This document shows positions 1 to 14,000 of a stretch of DNA of 64,000 nt, one piece after another. Each line of letters starts with the position of its first letter. Position 1 is the stretch's first letter. The position numbers and the translations under genes are program-made. A model generated the notes under the pieces. The model had not been told where the DNA came from. It did not search any database and worked only from the letters and a program-made list of their open reading frames with translations. The DNA lies in NCBI RefSeq assembly GCF_036588685.1, contig NC_086375.1, positions 56,916,001 through 56,980,000 of the forward strand, written 5' to 3'. The stretch is from Mytilus trossulus (lineage: Eukaryota).

Positions 1-2129
1 GTATGTTGATTCTTGGTGTGAATCTGTTAACTTTAAATAAATATTTGTTTGTGCAAAAACTTTACAGGAGTTAAAATTCAGTTCAGGAGAAACTGTACTT
101 GTGCAAATAATTTTATACGATCTGGAAATTTGACTCATAGTAGAGAGAATTTAACATTTAGTTCAGGAGAGATTTTATTTGCGTAATTAATAGAATATGA
201 TGAGTAACTTAAGGTAGAGAATAGAACATAAACAATATACTGACAAAAATACTTTAAGTTTCAGTTTGGTAATTGGAATAGAAATATCATCATGGGTAGA
301 AAAAGGATTTCAAAAGGATGGTGCTGCCAAAAAGACAGATGTGCCAGGCTATCCAGTGTAATACCAGGAACAGTGGGTTTCCAGTTTACTACAATAGTGG
401 AGAGGAGCTTTGTGTAGATTGGACTGGAGAATCATAGAGTGAGCTGTTTTTTTGACAGTAGACCATCTTGGAGCTGTATCGGTCGACGTCAGTTGCGTCA
501 TCTAGCCGCCACTGCAGCAGTGCACGGATCAACGAGCAAGGATGCAATAGGTGTCCTTCGACAGGTGTTTGCAATAATCGGAGAAAAAGTGCTTTAACTT
601 TTGGACATCTTACCAGAAATTAATAATTTTGAACATTACTTGCTAGAGCTTATTTATAGGATTGAACTTTTGTGAAACAACAAAGCAAAAACAGTTTACA
701 AGAACAGAACTTTGACATTACTAACTCAGATCATTTAGAAATTTGTGAATATCATGATGGTGCTTATTATGTAATACCATAGCAACCTTCCAAGACAGCA
801 GGATTTAGAAAAACAATCAGTTTCTATCTTTATTTTTTTGTGGTTCTAGGAATTAGTAGGAGTGCACGCCTGTTGGTTCTTTTCACTACATCAATTTGAA
901 TTTTGGATTACTAGAATGTTATTTTATTTTTCATCTGTTAAACACATGGAATATAGGTTGCTGGGAGCTAGCAAGTTGAAATACATAGTTGTTGCTATAT
1001 ATTATAAGTATATATTTTGGCGCCAGGTTATATATAGTTTATTGGAGTGCATAAAGACTATTTTTAAGGTGTTAATATGTGAATGTATATATCATGTTTG
1101 GGGACAAACATATTGGAGTAGGGGGGAATATGTCATGGTGTGTTATTTGGCTTAAATTTGTGTTAGTGTTATTTTGGATAAAAAAAATGTTTTATTTTAT
1201 GAAAGAAAATTTAATGTTTGTATTTTGTAAAAGTTTTAATTAATCTGTTTAATTAACTTTACCTATGCTGTGGCATTAGTACTCGAAATGTCACAGTTTG
1301 CTCAAAGCACTTTATTTTAATTGTAATTAGCATATGTCACTAGGATTAGGCTTTGTTAATTAAAGTCTATTTTTACTAATGAGAGTAATATTAACATCTC
1401 GTGTCAAGTAGAGCTATTTCAGGTTTTACTATAAATAGCATTGTGAAATTTAGGAAAAGCAGTCACCTTTCGGAAACCTAACCTTGCACTGCTAAAGTCT
1501 GTTATACTGGGTCTGTAGGACTGTCGATCAGTCTCCCAGTTGACTTTGTAGTGTTTAGACAAAAATGTATTTTTGACTCACCTTTTATTTTTGGGAATTT
1601 TTAAGATAACAATCAGTGTTTCGGAAGCGTAACCTCACACTACTCATGTCATTATACTGGCCCTATAAGACTGTCTACCAGTCTACCAGTTGACTGTGTA
1701 GTGTGAGACTAAATTTATCTCTGACTCATAAATTTTAAAATTAGAAAATACTTTTGAGAAGCTTTTATTTTGAGACTTTGCATTTTTGAATTTGAGATTA
1801 AGTATATTTTATGATTTAGTAATTTTGGCATTTATTTTATATTTTACATTTTAAAGAGAAATAGTTTTACTTGGGATTTGATATTTAGATTTGATACTTT
1901 GTACTTTAATTAGATTATTATTATTCTTTGGAATTGTTTACTAATTGATTTGTTATCATCATTCGTTTAAATTGTTACAGTAATTAAATTATGAAAACCT
2001 TCCTTGCGTTTTAGCTATGCCTATCAGAACATTAAGTCTAGCGATAGACTGACCCCCTGTCCCTTGGTTCCAGCACATACGAGTTAGCTCCCCCTTATCT
2101 TACAGTGCTCTGGAGGAACCTTGGTGACA
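1..2129. mobile_element. Possible LTR (3' part or solo) of an LTR retrotransposon
   Basis: Non-coding block that differs from the flanking intron-like DNA, has an internal diverged duplication (about 1462-1560 vs 1615-1710) and ends in GGTGACA. No primer-binding site follows and the 5' end is not visible. Confidence 0.3.
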
Positions 2130-2639
2130 ATAGTACAATGTACAATAAATATTTCTGTAGCAGTGCAACTTTGAAAAGCTTAAGTATGGGTATTTATGAT
2201 TTACAGTATGTCCTTGAAGACCCTTTTAGAAAGGTTGCTTTCCGTAAAAGTTTCTGTGCCCGGACTGAGGAGTAAAAATCATACTTAGCTCTTATTATTC
2301 TCCATTAAGTCATGCATATATTTATCCACTATGCTTGCATGGCCGTGACTGCTTCCAATAATATTCAAACATAAGTTTTCATATGACCCCAATTTTTTTT
2401 GGCGGTTTGTATAATGCTATGATGTTGTGGTTGGCCTTGTCTGTGTTGTCGTCTTTATTGTCTGAAGACATATTTGGTTTCCATACAATAACTTTAGTTT
2501 AAGTAAATGGATATCTATGAAAGTTTACAAGAATGGTCAATACCACAAAAGGAGGGTTTGGATTGTATTTGGGGGTTATGGCACCAACAGTTAAGGAATA
2601 AGGGGCCAAAAAGGGACTAAAAACAAGCTTTTTTTTGCA

Positions 2640-3016
2640 GACACACGAATCAATGCATGTGTTTGTAGATAGAAGTTTTTGTGTTCTGTTAAATTGTTCC
2701 TTTTAAAATTGTTACACAATGATGACTGCTGTACCCATATTTTGACTATTTTATTTATTATGTCTGTTTAGTTCACGCATCATTGTAAATATAACAGTAT
2801 TTGATGAGACTGTCATCAAAGTGAGAGGGTTAGTGCTATAAAACCAGATTAAATCCACCATTTTTTACATTTGAAAATGTCTGTACCTAGTCAGGAATAT
2901 GACAGTTCTTGTCCATTCGTTTTTGATGTGTTTTGTTATTAGATTTTGCCATGTGATTATGGACTTTCCAATCAGATTTTCCTCCAAGTTCAGTATTTTT
3001 GTGATTTTACTTTTTT
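2640..3016 (+). repeat. Dispersed repeat (GAAAATGCCTGTACCAAGTCAGGAATATGACAG family), nested in a HINE-like element
   Basis: Its 3' 150 nt recurs at 3684-3836 (+), 62363-62535 (-) and, more diverged, 53275-53450 (-). Confidence 0.75.
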
Positions 3017-3683
3017 CTGACATTGTACCACAAGGTTCCATATCACAAAGGGAAGGCTTAGATTGAGTTTGGGGGTATTTAATGGCAACAGTATTTGGGA
3101 ATTGTACATAAACACATTTAATTATCAACAAAGGGGTGATGATTAAAACTTACTGATGCTTTTGACCATTCTCTGAAGGTCGACACAGGGTCAACAAATT
3201 TGTTCTTATTTAGAAATAATATTTTGTCAAATTTTTCTTAACCCGAAAAATTCAGTCTTACTAGTCCGCTGATCTACGATTACTTTATTGCAAGTAGGAA
3301 AGATTGAAAACAGTGAGGGACTGAATTATTCTGGGACTATTAGATTTCTCAACATTGTTACGTAACTAACAGTTCTGGTGATGAAAATATTTTCTCTGAT
3401 GTTACAGAGGTAGTGGAATGACTTAGTCACGATTAGCTACATGTAAAAGTGTTACCTTCTTTGGTTTTCAAAAAAACTTGTGTACTCGAGTACTCGTTGA
3501 TATCCCTAATTACAACTGATCTTACATAAAAACTTATTTTGAAACAATGCAGCTACACAAGATTTAAGAATGCACAGTTCACACTTGATTTAAGGCTGAT
3601 TTTTAACTCGTCTTAACAGAGTCATAAAGGGAGACTCAGGTATGCTGTTTCCTGCATAGTCCATGGTAACACAAATGTAATAT

Positions 3684-3836
3684 TTTCTACATTTGAAAAT
3701 GCCTGTACCAAGTCAGGAATATGACAGTTCTTGTCCATTCGTTTTTGATGCGTTTTGTTATTTGATTTTGCCATGTGATTATGGACTTTCCTAATTGATT
3801 TTCCTCTGAGTTCAGTATTTTTGTGATTTTACTTTT
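3684..3836 (+). repeat. Copy of the same dispersed repeat
   Basis: Near-identical to 2862-3016. Confidence 0.8.
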
Positions 3837-4854
3837 GGTCAGTTAATGGGGAACAGCCAGTAGGTCAATGATATTTGATATGCAGTTGTATTAGCTTTTG
3901 CATATCTCATTTTCATTTTCATTATTTGGCACAGCATCCTCAGTCATGGTCTATTGACTTTGATACTTTTGCTTAGTTTACATGTTTAAGTTTGTGTGAT
4001 AAGGTCAGTTTATGGAGAACCACAAGTGGCATGTCAATGATATTTGGTATTCAGTTGTATTAGCATTTGCACGTCTGATTTCCATAGATATTATTTGACC
4101 CTGCCTCCTCAGTCATTGTCTATTGACTTTGAAACTTTTACTACTGCTTGTAATTAATTAATGACATAAAAAGATACAGGTATAATATAAGATAATTAAT
4201 CAATATTCATTCAAACAAGTAATTTGGTGCAAATAAATTCCAAATTCTTGCTTGATTGAAATCAAATTAGTTGCAAAGTATATAGCTCTAAATATCTATT
4301 GGCTCAAAAGTACTGCAGCCGGGAAAACCATGTTAAATGGAAGATGAATTATTATCTGCCCTTGTTTCTGAATTGTTTGCCCTTATTTATTATCTGGCCG
4401 GTATACTAATATGCAGATATTGGGCAAACATTTATTTAACCCACTTTTGATATTGCTAAATTTAGATTTTGGTTACCTTTATAAATTAATTTTAAATAAA
4501 TTCATCAGATAATGAAATTTAATGTGATTAATATTTGTTGAGTTTGATTTTTAGGTTTAATGAAGAATGAAATATTAAATCAGGTATGATTTATTATTTT
4601 CATGAGAAAGGTATATTTTTACTTTTAAAGAAAATATGCCTCATGGATCACATTTCATTTGTTCGGGTGACAGTGGTTATTATTGTTTATTTTTTTAATG
4701 TGTTTTTTTTTTTTTTTAAATATTACACATGAGTTTGTATCTGTATTAGATGATCAGTTAGAAAATTGAACATTTAGCACTCAAACTTTATTTATTTGAA
4801 ATAAGAATGATATATCAAACGATTTTCAATAATTGATTATTTCTTTTTAGTGAC

Positions 4855-5016
4855 ATGAAGACCATTGTGAATCAGTTGTGTAATGAGTTTATGAATGATA
4901 TTATCAGGATCACTAACAAAGCAGACGATGACGGTGACCCAGCAGCACTCGAATCATATCTTGTTAAAGACAGAGGATGGCAGTTACTGTATGTCATATA
5001 TAAAAATGGTATTCAG
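4855..5016 (+). CDS. LYST: LYST first coding exon ([16 protein letters not shown]...[11 protein letters not shown])
   Basis: Acceptor ttctttttag at 4841-4850, ATG 4855, donor CAG|gtatgt at 5017. Resembles the vertebrate LYST N-terminus. Phase 0 fits exon 7808-7889 ([18 protein letters not shown]). Confidence 0.85.
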
Positions 5017-8000
5017 GTATGTTTCACAACTAACTAAGGAATATCATGGTGCCAATATATATAGAATGATAGGTAGTTTCGTTTTTGATACTGACTATAT
5101 CATGTGGAATATCTAGACGAGCCGTTAGGGCGAGTTAAGATATTCCACATGATATAGTCAGTATCAAAATAAAACTACCTATTATTCTGTTTATTGGTAA
5201 TTATGATGTCACACAATATTTTGCCTAATATTTTCAGTGATACAGCCAGTACGTTGATACCAGAAAATATAAGCAGTAAGATCAAAGGGAAAATATATGA
5301 ACTACCGATAAACTTTGATTAAAGATATGATGTGCAAGTATCACATTTAAATATGACCATAAAAATCAGATTTGCTTATTAATTTGTCCCCTTTTGAGGA
5401 AGAGGAATGGGAACTTTCTGATTGGTTATTTACAAGACTTTTTTCTGTTATACTTGAGTCTTCAATCTATTATTAGTTAATTTCTTGGTATATAGTCGTA
5501 CCATAAGAAGTTACATTTGAAGTTCTATTTTTGCTTTGCTTTAGCTGTCAGATGGATTTTTGTAATGTTTTGAGAAACTTTTATGCTAATGTTTGAGTGT
5601 TTGCAATGTGATATGCAGGCAGGTGTATGAACATTAGCACATCTACTTCCCATTGATTTTATTTTTACCAATCCCCTCAGTTATTGTCCATTGACTGATA
5701 CCTTGAAACTGGAATGGCATGTTAAAAATCATGCTATGTATATTATACTAGTTCAAAGAAGAGTTCCTATTAATATGGCACTAACATGCTGTAGTGTTGA
5801 ATATGCATTTAATTTTGAATTTAAATAGCCATCCATCCATTCATCAAAAAGTTGAATAGACCCTAAATAAATGATCACTAGTCTTGAGTTTTGAGGTTTA
5901 CAGATGAGAGTATGAGAGGTTTTGATTCAAAGTAGATGTAATATTGAGGTGAAATATTGAACAGATATAACATGTTAAGGAGGGGTATTTGCGAAAAACA
6001 CCAGTCGAGAGAATGTTAAATTTCACGAGCCGTAAGTCGAGGGAAATTCATTCTCAAGACTGGTATTTTTTCGCAAATACCCCTCAAGAACATGATATAT
6101 CTGTTTAATTACACCGAATGTTAATGTACTAAAACGCATTGATGATCGTGACGTTACAAGCGTGCAGTCGGATAGAGTATTTTTTGGCAAATACCACGGC
6201 AGAGAGGGTAAAAAAGGCATATCCTTTAAGCAAATACCCCGGCGTCGTTAAAAATGAACGATATTCAGTAAACAGTAAATTGGTGAAAAATACACTGGCT
6301 ATCAACCAATCAAAACCCCAGATTCTTACATAAGGTGCAATTATGTCACATAAAGAATGAACTGTTTAAAGTATTTGTCAAAATATTAATAAACAATGTA
6401 TATTTGGTTGTTGATATTAGTGATAATTTTTATAAAATGAATATGATGTCAGCATCTCATGTTGTCCATAAATAGAAAAAAAGAGGAAATTTTTTAAAAT
6501 ATATATTATTTAGTGAAAATTTTACTAATTCTTCATCAGTTTATTGTAACATTTCCAGTTGATAAGGAAGTTTTCACTCAGACCTTGACTTAAGATCAGA
6601 TGAATAAGGAAGTAATGCATGATGTCAAATTTTATAATTTACTATTATTAAGTTCAAAGGCCCAATCTTAGGATTGAAAAAATGCTTGCAGTTTATCATA
6701 TTCACTTTACTTTACAAAATGTTACCTATGTCTGAATGATAGTGGGCATAATTGAAATTTTCATTTCGGAAGAAATTTTTAATTGCAGTGATTTAAATGT
6801 AATATCATATATCATAGTAAACTCTTTGGAGACTCAATTACTTGAGCAATTTATGGCCATATTTGTAAATAAAATGAAAATGTATCTGTATTGGCTCCCA
6901 TTGATAAAACCTTATCTTCATTCTGTCAAATATCCATAGAATTCTGTTTAAACTCAATTTTTTCTGCGAATTGAATATGCATATTTATTATATGCAAATA
7001 ACAATCTTTCAATCTTAATGTTTATATTGAGAGTTTCGCATATTGAAATTTAAAGAGGAAAATATGTATTGTTAATAAAACATGTAGTTACACACATCAG
7101 GAATTTGAGCAGCTAAGTATGATTTAAGTTGGTCAATATAAGCTCAGAAAAATTGATGATGAATTATTCACTTGCTAGTGAATAATTTGACCTCATTAAA
7201 TCCGTATGCATATGACCTTTAATTTAACCCTTTAGCTAGTGATGGATTATGCATGAATTATGCTTGTTCACTTATTAAAGGGAAAAGTATGTCAACATTG
7301 AAATTGAAACAAAGGTAAATCATTTGATTGACTGATTTGATCCACAGAAACTCATACTTATACGGGTAAAAAACAATGATTGATATATATATATATTTTC
7401 ATCCTTTTATATGAAATTTGACAGACCTAGAAAAATCCAATTGCAGGAGTTCAATATCTTTTTTATATGTATATTTATGTTAATTTTGCTTATATGACCT
7501 TGGTAGTCTTTGGAGGTCAACTTGATAGTTAATTAGTTGGCATCAAGTCTTTTGAATACACATGAAACAAGGATACATATTATCTAGTCCATGCCTTGTA
7601 TATTGTTTATTTTAGTCTTTTAATAATTTGGAAATACATTTTAGTACGTTATAAATCAAATATGAAATTTGAGTCAATTTGGTTCACATGAATTTGACCG
7701 CCATTGTTCCTTTAATGTTGATTGTTGAAAATTCATAATCCACAATTTGTTTATAGGTGTATTTGATAATTTTAGATATATGACACAAGACATTTTCTGT
7801 ATTACAGGGGCTTACAGTTGGAAGAGATTTCAGTAACTTAATTGTATCATTGTTACCATGGTGTTTGAAATTTAAAACTAACTCCAAAGGTAAGTGTAAG
7901 ATATGAAAGAATATACAAACTTTGTTTTGAAATATGTTACTTTTAAAAGAACATGCTAAATTATTTGTAAGTACTTTTCAACATCTCTAGTTTACACTGG

Positions 8001-11000
8001 GAACAGTATATCTAACAATATATGTTCCTGGTTTACAGAAACTATCAAGATCAATACTTTTCTATCAGTTTAGCAAAAACGATTTCTGTAAAAAGCCATC
8101 AGTCGACAGCTGCACCAGTAAACTTTAATGTTCATATTGAAATGTAACTTCCAATATCCACCCATGTTTAAATTATATATATTATGTGAAATGTTCTCAT
8201 TTCATATACTTGAAATTATTATACAACATGTATGATAAATGGAATAACTATATTTTATAGATTTGAAATCTGAATCAGAAGAGGATGTTCTTCCATCTAT
8301 CAGCTCATGCTTCTATAACCTACATAAATCTAACAAATGGATGCAGTCTTGCCAAAGAAGGGATAAAGTTGTTCCTAAAACCAAGCATAGAAAACCAATT
8401 AAGAAGCCAGTAAACTATAGACCCAAGAAACAAAGAATAATATCTGAGAAAGAGCTTGAAACCACAGACTCTGAAGAAGATACATTAAATGTTCCAGCTT
8501 CACCCCCTAAGTATAGAAAATCTAGAAACATGTTCAGGCATAATCCGTATGTTAGCTTTGGTGGAAAAACTATTCAGGATGAAGAGAATGCCTCAGAAGA
8601 AGAAAGCGAGGAAATAGCATTGATTCTATCTAGGATTGATATAGACAAAAAGGAAATGAGCCCGCCAGAAATCTCACAACTTATACTTGATTTATTATTA
8701 GAAATTTGTTTGCAAGATTTAAACCAAATATCTCCTTCTAAAGTTCTTTCACCCTCAGTCTTGCCACATCTTACCCATGTATTAACTAGCTTTTATCCTA
8801 AGTCAAATATTGACAATGAAAAGATCTTAGCCAGTGAATGGACAAAAACTAGTAATATTCACTTTCAGAGGAAACTTTTACGAGTAATTATAACATTATG
8901 TGGGGCCATAGCCGTTCAACAGAATGGAATTAATATTATTGCTGGTCACAGGTGCTTACAAGATTTATTAGATATTGCTCAACAGATTTATAATTTGCAA
9001 AATATCAAGAAGGAATTATCAGCAGGAAATCATACAGAAGCAGAAAATGGGAGTCAGAATAATTTTGATTTAGATCTTTGTTTTCTAACAGAGATTGTTC
9101 TCAGTTCCACTATTTTGCTTGACATAATATTCCAGTGTTTACCACTAAATCTTGTTTTTATCAGCAATGCTGTCAAACTTGTAAGAGATTTTATAGATGG
9201 AAATGGTTTCACCTTGCTCGACTTTGTCCTGTGTCATTTGGACTTTTTGAGAACTCAGTCATATACACATTCTGATTGGTCTCATTCTGAACCAATCAGA
9301 CTTATTGATTCATTTTTGAATACACTGAAATCAGTAAAAGTTAACTATATACATTCAATGAAGTGTCTGAAGAATAAACACCAAAGGTGTGAATTCAGTG
9401 TGTATTTCAATCACCATCACAATATTCTAGGTAGTTCTTACACTGTTTTCCAAGAGATGACATCTGTTGAAAAACAAAATGGTGGAAAATCAGAAGGTGT
9501 GTGCCTAATAGCATCATGGTGCACTTTTCTTTTGGACATTTTGTTTAAATTAGAATGTAAGCTATCAAGAATAGAAATATTAAAGACATTAAGTTTGTCT
9601 GGTATTTGCTGTTGTATGAATTTAGAAGTAGTAGTTAGTGGGGTACTAAAATGTTTGCCAAAATTTTCACCTCCTGTACAAAACTTTGCTTTAGAAACTA
9701 TGAATGCTATAATACTGGATAACTTTTCTGGAAGAAAATTGAACCGCAGTGTCTATGTGGAGTCTAAATCTCCACCTTTTGCATGCAGTGTTTGTTTTGA
9801 TAGAGGAAGCTTTCAGACAAATAATGAATTGGGGAATGCCCATCTTGCTGTTGACAGTGGATTTTCTAGTCATGGAATGAAGATTGAGAAGAAATTCTCT
9901 GATTTTGAATTTTCAAAATGGTCAGTATGCAACATGTACAAGAACATCTTATTTTCCCAAAATCAGCAGTTAGCTGAATTGACTTCAAAACAGTTATTAA
10001 ATCTTGTATTAAATGGAACGGAAGATTTGAAAGAGGAACTTTTCTTTCGAGTCTATACATTTACGTTTAGCTCATTTTTAGGAACATTAAGGTCAAATTC
10101 ACCCTGTTCATCTGAGGAAGAACAAAACAAAAACATTGAGTTTTCAAAAAAAGTCAAAGTTCATTGCTTGTCAGCTTTACCCAACCTGCTTGAAGTTGAA
10201 TCTGTTTTGAATGAATTCTTAGAAAACAAAGGCATAGGAAGAATATGTCAACTCTTGGAAGATGAAAGTTTGAGAAATCCAGTTTTAAAGATTTTTGAAG
10301 CATTGGTGATTTTAGATCAAGGAAAGTTAACTGATAGTGATATTATATATTCTCAAACAAGCACTTTTTCACAAGTCTTGCCAAAAAATGGCCTAGTCAT
10401 GAAAGCATTTATTGGTGGTCTTGCCAGTAAGACGGCCAAGGATGCATGTATGAGTGAAGAAACAGTAGATTTAAATGATTTTATTCAAATGTTTGACTGC
10501 TGTGATGTCACATTTTGCTGTCAGAATTTTGCCCATGTAATGACTACAAATTTGCATCTGCTTGTAGACATGTGGGAAACATGTGCCAGAATTTGCCTTT
10601 ACAGCAAAAGATTTGTTTTTCACTTTCAAAACTCTCCATGTCTAAAGATAGCTGAGAATGCCTTGTTAGTGATTATCAAGCAATTACTGTCTTCTAATAA
10701 ATGTGATTTAACTGAAGGATCTGAGGACTCTGGACTAGACCTGGACATCAGTAAAGTCCCAACAAACTCCAGCCATTGTTATCTTAAACTGATGTTGATG
10801 AAGTCTCTACTGATTATATGCAGTGCTTCATATAAAAGTCTTATTAAAAAGGTATGTCAAAAAGCAATTTAAAGTGACCTATATTTAGATTTTGCTTTGT
10901 TTAAACAGACCAATCACGTTTGAAAAACATGAGATCAGGAGTAAATATCTTTGAAACAATTATCCTTGATAAAACACAGTAAAAAAAATGTCATCTAAAG

Positions 11001-14000
11001 TGGAACATACACAATACTCCTGCCAGACTTGCCCATCTTTAACATGTGTTTATGAGGTTTATCTAGTTTAAGTCAGTTATATTGATAATGGTAATCAGCC
11101 TTCTTTATATTTTTTAATTCTTGACATGCACATTTTATAGTATTAGCATTATTTCTTTTTAAAAAGTTTACCCATCAATTGATAAAATTACAAATACTGT
11201 GAATATTTAAAGTTAAAGAGTATTTAAAGAAATGATTAATAATTAAGATATAGGATGATGTACATGTCATATGACTTTTCTCTCTTACATCACTTTTTTG
11301 GGTCAATGTTTACTTTAAGGATACAGTTCCTTAGGTATGGGGTGTTTATGTTTATCTCCTGCACTTCTATTACAGACTGGTTTTGTACACAAATTTTAGT
11401 ATCATTACATGTCATTGTATCATGCCACTCTGTGTATTGTAATATATAAGTTATCAATGAAAAATCAGTTATCAACGAAAAATCACCTATCAACATTCTG
11501 TATCAGTCACTAAATACATTCAAGATTAAATAGTGCACTTTTGTTAAAATTCAGTCAAGTTCAAATTTTGAAAGTTTGTAAACATGAGTTGGACATAATG
11601 AATGTAGTGACCACTTGAAATGTTGACACAATGCTATCTGGACAAGAGTTATCTGAGGTAATTCAGTTATACAAGTACATTCAGAAGATAACCTGAAAAC
11701 CTTGTTTGCAAGTACAAGTACATTATATGTAGATAATTGGTTAATTCAGCATCTGAAATATTTAAATACAATAAATGTGTTCATAATTTTTGTTTTGAAA
11801 ATTAAAAAAATTACTTGAAACAGAATTTTGAGGACTGTGAGGAAAATACAGTTTGAGACTGAAGACTATAGCAAATTCAACTGTGTAAAAGACATTTTCA
11901 CAAGAATTACCCCTAACGGACATCCACATGTTCTTTTTCATGTGTTGATAAAGTTTAAAATCAGAATACAACAGTCTTTCAACTTTTATTAGAGGTTTAC
12001 ATAAAAATATATTGAAGTGTTTCTTAAAGTATTTAAGTGAATGTTTCTGTCAGTGTTAAATTGTTTGATAAAGATTTTTTTTGGGCATGAATCTCTACAA
12101 AGTAGCAGTCTTTTCATATTGGCTAAAAATAGAAAAGAGATTTGCTGATAACCATTCATATCAACTACTTCAAAAATAAAAAAAATGAAATGTTCTTGGC
12201 CTAAATCTTGGGTATAAAATTGTCAATATAGAGATAATTTATGCATTTATTTACATAAGATGAATATCATTATCTGCAAATAATCAGCATAATACTACTA
12301 AGAAAGAAAAGAAACATTTTTATAAACGGAAAAATCATTTCACATAACTGATATACATTATTTTTTAGGATGGACAAGAGATTAGCATGTGGTCACGGTT
12401 GAAAGAGGCATTCCAAGGATGTTCAAAACTCCCCCCAACCAAAGTAAAGACAGTTTGTGACATCATCTTGTCGTCTGCTATGCCAAAGAAAACCACAGTG
12501 TTTGATCACTCTAAACTGGAAAGCTTAAGTGAATTGGTAAAATTTCAAATAAATATTGTAAATATAACGTACGGCCATGCATGGACATATTTTCAATTCA
12601 ACTGATTAAAGTTGTTTTTAGTCTTAAATAGATACAGATAGATGAAAAAAAATAATCTTTTGTAGGTGGGTCAATGTAAATGTGATTCAAAAATGAGAAA
12701 GAAAAAGATGAAAAAAGTTTACACTGCACAGAAAACTGAACATTATGGAACACAAATTCCCACAAAATGGAGGGTAAACTTGGTTAACTGGGAGGGGTGA
12801 CCAACTTCTTTTCAACTAGAGACATCTGTCAAATTGTTCATCACAATTTCTATTGAAACTTTTTTACGCAAAAAGATAAATACCAAACTAAAAGTATTTG
12901 AAATACTGATAAGCTGAAATCCATACATTCAGAGTTTTTTTCAGTGAACTTTTAAAATGTCCCATTTTAAATATATTTTTACATGTTACTGTCCTCATAT
13001 TTTCATGTAATGTAAAATTGTTCTTTTATATTTCAGTTCATCAAAGATGATGACATTGATGATGATGAGATACGCCAGTATTTACATACAACAAGTGATG
13101 AAGACTATGACTCTTTGATGTTTGGTGAAGGTGGTTACTATGGTGACACTGAATGTGGATCAGATGACAATAACATACAAATAAAATCAATGGAGAATGG
13201 ATATGGAATGGAGATTTACCCGGCTGTTTTCAGGATTCTCGTAGAATTAATGATTAAAATTCAGCATGAAGAGAATATAACAGATGTATTAAGTCAAATT
13301 CTTCATAAGTTGTTACAGACATTGAGAGCAAGCCATAAAGCAACACAGGCAGTTTGTCATGAGGTGAGTTTATGTCAATTACTGTTAAAATAACCTGTGT
13401 AAACTTTTAGACAATGCTTATTACCACAAAACTCAATCAAGTTTGAATGTTGGTTGAGTCACTTTTACTGTTTTTAGAGTTATGTCCCTTTACAAGTGGA
13501 AAAATTACCAAATGGCATGAAACTAATACACAATGCTAATCACCAGAAAATTGCAGATTAAGTTTGAATTTTGGTGGCATCACTTTTATTGATTTAGAGT
13601 TATGCCCCTTTACAAATGGAAAAAATGCAGAATTATTCATTTCAGCTCTCATACTGAAGTTAGCATCAACCATATGGTATGAAACTTATAAACAGCGCTT
13701 ATTATTACTGGGTTACATCTCTTTAACAGTTCTTGAGTTATGTCCCTTTATAACATTATATGTAAGTGAGTGCTTCATCTGTGTCCATGGGTCACATTCG
13801 GATTCCCTATTTATTCCTTTGCAAATCAAAACTAATATGTCTGTTATATTGTCTTCAAACTGAATTTTGATCATTAAATTGGTTAATATATTATATTATA
13901 GGGACTGCTTGAGGACATACTTACAGGATTTTGGACATTATTGATAGAAGACAATGGAGGAACTTCAGGTATAGAATGAAATAAGACTTTAAATTGGAAA

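Noticed and set aside
8263-10872. Stand-alone 869-aa gene
   Set aside because: Starts at TTG right after an acceptor and has an in-phase donor at 10852; it is LYST exon 3.
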